Of a stretch of DNA of 64,000 nt, positions 53,826-64,000 are shown in pieces. The notes beneath the pieces are model-generated. The model searched no databases and had not been told where the DNA came from. It saw only the letters and a list, made by a program, of their open reading frames with translations. The position numbers and the translations under genes are program-made. The stretch lies in the NCBI RefSeq assembly GCF_006345805.1, contig NC_043004.1, positions 106,268,001 through 106,332,000 of the forward strand, written 5' to 3'. Numbering within the stretch: position 1 is the first letter of the stretch; the number at the start of each line of letters is the position of its first letter. Source of the DNA: Octopus sinensis. Taxonomy: Eukaryota.

Positions 53826-54282
53826 CGGGCAGTCAACTGTCCAGTCCAACTGGTACATTGACCGGCGGTCAGAGTAGTCAGTATAACACCTACGTACAGC
53901 AGCAGCAAAATTATCAAACCTCCAGCAGTCATCACCATCATCAGCAGCAGCAGCACCATCCCGGCCAGATGGCTCCTCCCCAACCTGATCAACTTCTCTT
54001 GCTTCAGCAGCAGCAAAAACAACAGCAGCTGCAACAACAACAACAACAACAACAGCAGCAGTTACAGTATCAACAACAGCTGCAGCAGCAACAACAACAA
54101 CAACAACAGTTGCAGCAGCAGCAACAGTATCAACAACATATGCAACAACAGCAGCATTATCAACAATACTCATCTACAATTGACGGTAGTGCCACTCTAC
54201 CTCCAGGAAGTTCCCTCCATGTTGACACAAGCTCCAGATCCATGTCTGCCACTTTACCGCGCAGTCCTTCATCTGCTGGAAG
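53826..54282 (+). CDS. TNS: Tensin-like gene, polyglutamine exon G (phase 1/2)
   Basis: TTTCTGCAG|53826; encodes GSQLSSPTGTLTGG...polyQ...SATLPRSPSSAG; strong donor AG|GTAAGC at 54283. Confidence 0.88.
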
Positions 54283-54452
54283 GTAAGCATCTTCTTCTTC
54301 TTCTTCTTGGACCTTCTCTGTTCCTTATCCAGTCTGTTGTTCTTATAGCTTCTGATCAAACCTGTGCCTAAGTGAAGCACAAGTTTCAAAATCAAAATTT
54401 TAAATCCAAAGTTTGAAGAAACTCTGGTTTATAAAAATCATTTAGACGCATA

Positions 54453-54839
54453 GGCGCAGGAGTGGTTGTGTGGTAAGTAGCTTGCTTACCAACCACATGG
54501 TTCCGGGTTCACTCCCACTGCGTGGCACCTTGGGCAAGTGTCTTCTACTATAGCCTCGGGCCGACCAAAGCCTTGTGAGTGGATTTGGTAGATGGAAACT
54601 GAAAGAAGCCCGTCATATATATGTATGTATGTGTGTCTGTGTTTGTCCCCCTTGCATTGCTTGACAACCGATGCTGGTGTGTTTATGTCCCCGTTACTTA
54701 GCGGTTCGGCAAAAGAGACTGATAGAATAAGTACTGGGCTTACAAAAGAATAAGTCCCGGGGTCGAGTTGCTCGACTAAAGGCGGTGCCCCAGCATGGCC
54801 GCAGTCAAATGACTGAAACAAGTAAAAGAGTAAAGAGTA
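54453..54839 (+). mobile_element. Young full-length tRNA-derived SINE
   Basis: GGCGCAGGAGTGGTTGTGTGG (A box), GGGTTCACTCCC (B box), CCTTGGGCAAGTG core and (AAGAGTA)n tail; followed by an older copy at about 54850-55215. Confidence 0.9.
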
Positions 54840-57800
54840 TGGTACATTCATGATTGTGTGGTTAAGCTCATTTTGTTTGCAGCCATGTGATTTCAGGTTC
54901 AGTACCACTGCACAGCACCTTACGCAAGTGTCTTCAAATATCTCCTGGCCAAGCAATGCTGAGTAAATTTGTTGGGTGGAAACTTTATCGAAGCCTGTTG
55001 TGTGCATGTGTGCTTTTATCTCTGTTTGTTCCCCTTCCACTACTTGACAACTAGTGTTAGTTTGTTTGTACCCTGTAACTTAGCAGTTTCAACAATTGGG
55101 TCTGATAGAATGAATACCAGATTTTAAAAATAAGCTCTGGAGTCAATTTGTTCAACAAAATCCCCTTCAAAGTGGTGCCCAAAGTACGGCTGCAATCCAA
55201 TGATTAAAACAGAGAGATTTTAGAAAAAGGCTTGCAAATATGAAGTATGCTGTAGGGAGATGCAAGTTCAGTAGTTGACTACAAAAGCACTGGATATACT
55301 TTTACACTTAAAGTATACATGTGCAAAAGTACCCTCAGTTTGATCTCTGTTTAATTAAGGGCAAATTTAAGTAACTTCACTGACTTATTTCATGTAGATA
55401 TGCATAATAGTGTTAACAGTTAAACTGGTGGTTCAAGCTAAGTAGAGGGATTCATAGTCACTGTACAGTAACAAGTATTAATACTTAGCAGTGCTGTACT
55501 TACTTCATGATCATTGTATGAATACACAACAAAGTCCAATGTGTTGATTTGTAAACAAAGGTAAGCCTACTTCATGAACTCCATACAGAACAAGAAGAAT
55601 GATATAGTAGTAGTTATACAGGATTCCATGCAAGACTTTTGTTGAGACTGTACAGAACTCTCTTGAGATGGTTGTTGTTAAGTGTCAGTAATCATTCAGA
55701 CATTTGGCATTGATTCAGTTGCAGAAGATTACTCGGTACAGCACCTAACAAAATACCTTGTGATATTTGTTAATGTCTCTTGTATTCTGAGTTCAAATAT
55801 CACCCGGGTTAACTTGACTTTTTCTCTTCTGGAAATAAGCATAGGGTTGTCTCTATGGTACAGAAGCTTCGTTCCCAACCATGTGGTCTTGGGTTCAGTC
55901 CCACTGAATAGCATTTTGGGCATTTTATTATATCCCCAGGCTGACCAAAAGTCTTGTGAGTGGATTTGGTGGACGGAGACTGAAAGAAGCCAGTTATATG
56001 TGTGTGTGTGTACCTCTTGTTTAGACATCATTTGATGGTTGTAGATGAACATTAGTCATATAAGCAAGGTTGTTGATTTCCTGTCTCCAATGGAAAACAT
56101 ATCCAGCCTTGGAGAACCTTACCTTTTTAGGAAATGTGAGGGTTGGTGACAGGAAGGGCATCCAGTTGTAGACAATCTGTCTCAACAAATTCCATCTGAC
56201 CCATGCAAGCATGGAAAAGTGGATGTTAAATGATGGTGATGATGATGCTTTCTTAAAGTGTCTGTCAAATCCTGGGGAGAGGAGTCAATCTAATTGGCTA
56301 TCCTCCTCCTTCCACATTGTATGACCTTGTGCCAGTAGGGGAAACCTTGGTTTGTGAGGTAAATCGTTGCAGCACAAAGTTTAAGTCTGAAGAAAAAGAA
56401 ATGAAAACTGAAGTTATTTTGTTATATAAGATTGACTTGATGAAATGCCATTAGAATGTTGTGTTTTGGTGTGTTGTTGTTATGAAGCCTCAGGTCAGCC
56501 TTGATTGAGCAGGCCTGTGGTCAAAAGCATTCCTGTTATGATCAATCTGTCTTTTTGTATATCTAGGACTATGTTACATTATCCAATGGGTCCTTTTTTT
56601 TTTAAAAAAGTAAGATGTGATTTGAGGGAATTTGGCTACTATTTCTAGGAGGACAAGTGATTGTGTAGAGGTTCCCTTGCCAATCAGTTACTCCATCAAT
56701 TAAATTCTCATTATGATTTGATACATCACTGATCACAAAGCCTGTTTCTTCTTCCCTTGACTCAGCCCTTCTCTTCTATTTGGGCTAGAATTTTTTCATT
56801 ATATCATCTTCCCATCATAGAGGTCTCTTCTGATCCCTTCGATACGACTTGACAACTGCAGGTCCACTGGTTGTCTGTGAATCTTGGGTACCAATCTGTT
56901 GGTAGACCATTAAATTGTTTGTATGTTGTTAACATGTGCAAACGTTTGTGAAGAGGCTGAATATGCTATTGCAGCAAGTGAATGGTTGTTACATATCTAT
57001 GGTCCCAGAGGCGTTTGATTGTGTGTAAGATGGTCAATGAATTATGATGTATTGAATAGACATAAACACTTGAAATAATGGAGACCCAAGAGATAAATAG
57101 ATGATTATTGTTGGGGTTGTTGCTTAATCCAGTAGGTCAGCCTTAAAAGAGCTGACCCATGATCAAAAGTAGTGTTAATGGTACCACAGGACAGTGGCTA
57201 TGAATCCATATTATCGGTTGAGAATAATGGACAATGTTGATAATGATGAGATCATTGCTCTGATAAATTTTAATTGGGGAACAGAAACATTTACATTCCA
57301 CCCAAACCATTTCTATGGATCCTCTCTCGCACACATACCCCCACACCAGATTTCTCTTTGATCTTATGTTCTTTACACTAAAGGGGTGAATGGTGGGGGA
57401 TGACTGTCACTAGAATAAATACTGACCTAGTTTACTACTGTTACAGGTTCCTCTCAGTTTGGAAGGTTTGTTTAGGTGGCAATTCAAGACCCTCCTCTCC
57501 CTTTGTGCACTTACTCAGTAACTTACACCACTAGCAACACCACAGCACCACCCAAAAATTGTAACTAGAGTTGAGTCAGGTACCAGGCTGTTATGATTAC
57601 CTTAAAGAGAAAAAAAGTACACAGATAAACGTACATATCTTATACCTTGTATTTCAGTACATAATATACCTAGTAATTTGCCCACACACACTAAGGGCGG
57701 TGCTCTGGCACGGCCCTGTTCTGTACTAGACATGGCTGTGTGAAGAATTTACTCTCTTATGTGTGTACCGTGTTTCATGTTTGCTAGTGTAAATCTTGAC

Positions 57801-58032
57801 AAGTTCAATCGAACAAGACCAATTAAACGGTGTCCCGATAAACAGAGAACCTGAGTTCCGACAAAATAAGTATCGGACTGAAATAAATACTGCGATCGAT
57901 GTGACTGACGGTGATGCCTTTTAATCACTGAAACCAGTTAAAGTCTATATTTGTGTGTGTCAGAGAGAGAGAGAGATCCTCACGTGTGTTGTGCGTTCGC
58001 TTCCCCCCCCCCCGTGTCTTTATGCAGTTACA

Positions 58033-58427
58033 TACTCTTTTACTTGTTTCAGTCATTTGACTGTGGCCATGCTGGAGCACCGCCTTTAGTTGAAGAAACT
58101 GACCCCTGGACTTATTCTTTATAAGCCTAGTACTTATTCTATCAGTCTCTTTTGCTGAACCACTAAGTTACGGGGACATAAACACACCAGCATCGGTTGT
58201 CAAACAATGCTAGGGGGACAAACACAGACACACAAACATACACGCACACATATATACATATATACGACAGGCTTCTTTCAGTTTCCGTCTACCAAATCCA
58301 CTCACAAGTCTTTGGTCAACCCGGGGCTATAGTAGAAGACACTTGCCCAAGGTGCCACGCAGTGGGACTGAACCCAGAACCATGTGGTTGGTAAGCAAGC
58401 TACTTACCACACAGCCACTCCTCCGCC
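58033..58427 (-). mobile_element. Young full-length tRNA-derived SINE
   Basis: Reverse complement of 54453-54839. Confidence 0.9.
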
Positions 58428-59370
58428 TTTATATTTATCTCTATTTGAAGGTATGCTGCCTCTCCTTTCGTGACTAAATTATAAAAATAACACTTACACA
58501 GTGCAAATAATGATCTTTGTAAAAATTTACATACACAATTATTAATCTCCAGGATTGAGACTCTGCCTCATCCCCATCATCGCAAAAGAGCTAAGGCACT
58601 TCACTGAAAGATTTGTTGTTTTGATGGTAGGGGCATCGGCAGTGGTGATGGTGGTGGAAGTGTAATGGAATTCAATTTACTATTGGCGGCGGTGTTGCGG
58701 CTGGGACTGGCCGTTGTGATGCCAGGTATAATCACAACAGGATGCTTTACCAGCGGTGGCTCATTTAACTTATTCGGTGGGCGGGTAGTTCTGTTGAGTG
58801 ATGGTAATAGAGATTAGGATTAGAAGTTACGGATGCACAGGAGTAGCCAGAAAGAGAAAGATAGCTCGAACCGCCGCCGGTTGGCCAACGATGGAGTGGG
58901 TTCGGTGTCTTAACAAGTGCTACTGCACTTTTTGTATCTACCCCATATACAGGCCAAAACAGGGATGGGTAGTAGACACGGGCCTACGGTTTTGAGGGAT
59001 ACCCTATAAGAAGCAAAGGTAGAGCAATTATTTAGGAAAGAATTATCTTATTTACAAATCTTTATTTTTAATTATAAGTTCATCATATACGCTATATATG
59101 TTTTATATATATATATGTAACATACTCGTAACCCACACATAAATCGTAAATATCTGGCGCTAGTTAATAAAATAGTCGATGAGGTATGTGAAAGAGGGGT
59201 CTATATTTTGCATGTAACGATTACCAACTTTCTCCAGGTCTGCTCACATGGATCTAGTTTTCCACGTTTAATTACGTCCTTCCTCCCCTTCGTTTTATCT
59301 CATCTTTTCCTCTTTCCTTTCATTTTCCCTCCGCTTCCTCTCTTTCTCTTTCCTGCCATCCAAAGTTTTC

Positions 59371-59417
<47 letters not shown>

Positions 59418-59629
59418 TTCTTTTTTACTTTCTTGATATAAACTTCCCATAAATGTAGATATCCTGCGAACTTAGTTTTTCTTCTTCTTCTTCTTCCTTC
59501 TCTTCATTTCCCTCCTCTTCCACAACTTTCCTCCCATTATTTCGTCTCCACACACACACACACGCCTACATGATGATAGTAAAAGCAGCAAGTGTTTCAG
59601 GTTGTTTTTACAAACGACCCAACACAGCC

Positions 59630-60007
59630 CTGCTTTTTTTTTTTTTTTCCCCTCATTCTCGTTTCTCTCTGCCATACTCCTTCTCTCTTCCCCTCTCTCT
59701 CTCTCTCTCTCTCTTTTCCCTTTCCCTCCCTCCCTTCCTTCCTTCAGCCTCTTTTCTTTTCTCTCTTTTCCCTTTCGCTTCTCATTTCTCACTTTTTCGT
59801 CTCTTGTTTCCTACTTCTCCTTACTTCCTTCTTCACTTCTACCTTTCTCTCTCTCTCTCCGTTTCCCTCTTTCCTCACTTGGTATCTCTTTCTCTTTGCC
59901 TACCACTCTTTCCTTTTCCCTTTCTATCTCCTTCCCATCATTTATACTCTGCTCTCCCCACCCAGTCATCTAACTCGGACTCTACAGCCTCTCTCTCTCC
60001 CTCCCTA

Positions 60008-60074
<67 letters not shown>

Positions 60075-60076
60075 CT
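59630..60076. repeat. Long polypyrimidine/(CT)n/(CTAT)n tract
   Basis: Seen directly. Confidence 0.9.
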
Positions 60077-60860
60077 GTTATGACTTCCTTAAAGTTCATG
60101 TTGTAGCTACCGTCATCCAGCAGGGACCTCGCTAATATTTCAGGTAAAACAAAAAGACTGAAAGAGGGGGAAAAAAAGGACAAAATAAGTATTTCCCCTT
60201 CTTTTCTTTATATATTTTTCTTTTTCTTTTAATGTTTTGGGTTTCTTGCCTGATGATGCTGATTGTGATGATGATGGGTGATGTTAAGGTGATGATGGTC
60301 GGAATTCGAGGAACTTGTTGAAAATATTTGGCATTCTCTCATGTGTGTGTGTGTGTGTGTGTCTTGTGAATGAATGAAGGAGTGTTAGAAGGAAGCTTCA
60401 ACGAAGTGGTAGTCGCATTGCTGTGAGGGAGTGGGAGGAGTAGAGCGACAAGAGTAGAATGCCAGATCGAACTTTTGCTAACTTTGGACGTTTCTTCTTC
60501 TCTTCATCGCAACAACCTTCATCGGCCGATGGCGACCGGTTGTTGTACACAGTGAGAAACATTCACATTTATAATCCTCTCTCTATTTATCTATCCGTTT
60601 ACATGACTTATTTATCTACGAATATATATATATATAGGTTTGGCGATGCAAACAGAAATAGAACTCAAAACATGAGTATATACATACATGCATACACACA
60701 CATATATATATATTTACACACACACGTTTTTTATATTAATCTGCAGAACTTACAGGACGAGTGTGCACTTGATAAGTTTTAACGCACGAAACTCTTGGGC
60801 CAAAGTCACTCTGTAACTTCTACCGATTATTTATTAAAACGTGTGTGACCATATATATAT

Positions 60861-60916
<56 letters not shown>

Positions 60917-63900
60917 CATATGTGTGTGTGTGTGTCTATTTAACTATTTACCTATTCCCAACCTCTACCTCGCTGACTAAGATCTATATTGAATTTCTCT
61001 GCAAACTTTGGTTTTATGTTCTGACGAAGCACCCCTCTCGGGTTTTTTTTTAACGTTGGTGATGCAGTTTGAGGTTGAATTCGCATGCGGGTTCTAGCAG
61101 GTCGAACAACCGCACCAAGAGTTTCGTGTGCGGTGTGGTCCCAAGCACTGAGACCTCTCTCTCTCTCTCTCGCCGTCGCAGGGGATTTGTTCAAACCTGG
61201 TGCCATAGATTGGGTCTGACCGTTCCGTCAACAACAGCTACGTTCTCTACCTCCCCATCTCTCTCTCTCCCCACATACATACCCATATACCCGACTGATT
61301 AATTACTTTTCGTTTTCATCTATATCGTTTTCTTCACCCGTTTATCTCTTTCTCCACCCATCAATTTATATATATATATATTGGCCTGCCCGCTTAGCCA
61401 GCAGGGTGGCGTCATTTGAAAGCTAAAACAATACGAAGCGCATTGTGACCAACGATGTGTAGCAACATCTGATAGCCTGGTCGGTCACGGTGATATATAT
61501 ATAATATCCCCAACCGTTTGCCCATCCTCTTAGCGCTAAATATTTTGTTTACATTTCTATACACCACAATCGACTTTGCTCTGACCAAATTTCAGTGTTT
61601 TTAGTTAGATATACCCTCGTAATAATCCTGACGCCTTTTCTTAAGTATGAATGCGCGTATACAACACACACACATATACACACAAGCATGCGTTTAATCT
61701 GCCACAACGGATACGTTGTCAGCATTGAAAATTGGACATTAAGAGATCGTTGGTAGTGGTGATAGTGATGACGATTACGATGATGAGAAGGAGGATTAAC
61801 TTATATATATATACACATAATACTTCGTCTGCTGTGACGAACACATGCTGTCTGTGAAAGCCTCTCTGCAGTCGCATAGCAGCTACAGCACTTTGCTATT
61901 GTATACTTATAACAAAAAAAAAAAGAAAAGAAAAGAAAATGCCAATACACATTGAATAATGCGGTTTGGGATTTACTATTTGAACGATGGGTAGGGGGAG
62001 CGAAATAGCTACGGCTGACATGCCTTTGGGCATAGGGCCTTCTTGATCAGGGTTGACATGGAGTTAAGCAACAATTGCAGCACAGGTGATAGTCGTCTGC
62101 TGTGATTCATTCGCTTGCACAGACACGCACCTGCACTCACACCCTTCAGGTCGCTTAGACTGTGAGAAACCAAGAGCCTGCCTCCTCCTCCTCCTACCCT
62201 CACTGCTCCTTCGGCAGGTGATGGTGAAACGGTTTTGCATTTGCTGTAATATTTGCTGCCCTAAACACACAGCTTTATATATATTCTGGATGGCTAATCT
62301 CATTAGTAAGAAAAAACTTTTATTACTTTATGGACGATGGCATGTATTTCGTGTGACTGTTTGTGTATATATTTGTGTTTGTACGTGTATTATTGATAAA
62401 TATATACCTATATGTACATCTCTGTATATGTGAATATGGATATATGTGTGTGGATATATCTATGCTTATGTGTCTGTGTTTATATATGTATAAGTATGTG
62501 TGTATGTATGACTGTATGTTTACGTATGTATAGATATAAATATTTGTGTTAGTAACTGAAGGTTCATGTTGCTTATACTCTAGATATTTCACTTAGATTT
62601 ATATACATATATATAAACCTAGAACTCTATGCATGTGCTTGTCCATCTATACAAATATTTCTTGGATTTTAATGTATTTATTTGTACATATATTTATTTC
62701 GCTTTGTTCCTTTTATACATACATATCCTCATGTTTGATTCTATGCAAAGCTTGTGTTGGTATGCAAAAGGCTATGTGTCTATACAAAAGCCTATGTGTT
62801 CGTGAGCAAATGTGAGTATAGTTATCTGTCTATCTCAGTGTTTATATGTGTGCACACATGCAAACAAGGAAGTTAAACTACTTTCATGTGATACCATGTT
62901 TTGTGTGTCATGAAGTCCTTCCTAAAAATAGCAGCCCTGTTGGTCGCTAAAATTGTCTACTGTGTCATTTTTTCACCCTCCCACCTTCCGTTCTCTTTCC
63001 AGCAGCCATGGAGATGGGTTATAGGCACTTCGTCTCTTACCCTACTCTAGCAGGGTTTAAGTGTTAAGCAAACAAAAAATACCCCTGCCTCCTTATAAAT
63101 TTGAAGTTATTATTTTGGTGAGGGAACAACTGATAAGGGTATTCCCACTGGATTGCCTGAGCACTGTCTGTATTCTTAGTTCCACTCTACCCTGGATGAC
63201 TGTAATATAATATATTATAATATAATATATTATAATATATTGTAATATAATATAATGTAATATAATATAATGTTGCTCTAGTTTTCAAGCACTTTGGCCC
63301 AAACAAAATTTTATAATGAACTTGTAGATAACCATGATTGATTTTTTTGGGTGGATTAAAATTAATTGACTCTTCCAGAAACACACACGGCCTAAATCTT
63401 TCCTCCTGAGAGGGGAACCATGACCAACAACTAGTACCCTTTTTTCTTCAGAAGTATGTTTAGTCTGCTGCTACTATTTCTCTCTATTTCACATTTCTCA
63501 TTTATATATACACATAGAAAGATAGACAGACAGATAGATAGATATGCGCACACATACACACACACATGTGTACATATGTAGAAACACACCAAATTGTCAT
63601 AGTTAAACATATGGTATTTATTTTATGGGGTGGTGCTCACATTTACCTTATAATCTTCAGCACATACTGTTTCAGTACCTACCAATGGTACATCACACAA
63701 CTAAGCAAAATATTATTATTGCAGATGTTAAATAACGGTGTATCTTTACCATATCAAGTTTAGTGCTTCAGCATGGTTCTAGTCCAAATCATACCCTGAG
63801 GTATAGTCCTTACCTTTTTACTTTCCTTAGTTGCTATATATCAACATTTGTTAGATTATATCTCTGCTATACAACCTCTTATACACTAGAAAAATAATCC

Positions 63901-64000
63901 GATGACTAACTTGTCAAAAGAAAACTTTTTTTTTTCTATTCTAGTAAAAAAAAAAAAAACAAAAAAAAAACAGATTTTTTATTTATTTCAAAATACAATT

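Larger units (their letters stand above)
57800..62350. promoter_or_regulatory. Relatively CpG-retaining intronic region, possible internal promoter
   Basis: By eye, CG dinucleotides are much more frequent in unique sequence here than in upstream introns; not computed. Confidence 0.35.

Noticed and set aside
54453-54530. tRNA-like sequences at SINE heads (also 28560-28630)
   Set aside because: A/B boxes are present, but they continue into SINE bodies and tails with no complete cloverleaf, so they are not called tRNA genes.
54486-55040. 184-aa minus-strand ORF and similar DTCPRCHAVGLN peptides at 20202 and 58197
   Set aside because: Chance translation of SINE antisense strands.
62100-62222. 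Pro-rich reading ETKSLPPPPPTLTAPSA ending at CAG|GTGATG
   Set aside because: That frame has a TGA immediately upstream, and the good nearby acceptors give stops when entered in phase 2 from exon G.

Overview
AT-rich eukaryotic genomic DNA. The SINE families, microsatellite load and long introns point to an octopus/coleoid cephalopod (inference from repeat recognition). The whole window lies inside one + strand multi-exon gene that I identify as a tensin, from the motifs GPLDGSLYA and TPxFPVSPxTPYV. Seven coding exons join with consistent GT-AG sites and reading phases: 527-733, 3960-5666, 17715-17980, 37648-37813, 39919-40017, 49948-50199 and 53826-54282. They encode the disordered middle region; the PTP/C2 and SH2/PTB exons lie outside the window. 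The introns contain many tRNA-derived SINEs, hAT and piggyBac-type MITEs, LINE 3' fragments, a degenerate mariner that retains both TIRs, a decayed Ty1/copia remnant, and TA-embedded palindromic elements with hammerhead-ribozyme-like cores (probably Penelope-derived). The most notable signals are candidate internal start exons or promoters for truncated tensin isoforms, several cassette exons missing from the ORF track, the hammerhead-like palindromes, and inverted SINE pairs able to form dsRNA. Most other ORFs in the supplied track are microsatellite or repeat artefacts. I see no prokaryotic-type system such as CRISPR.
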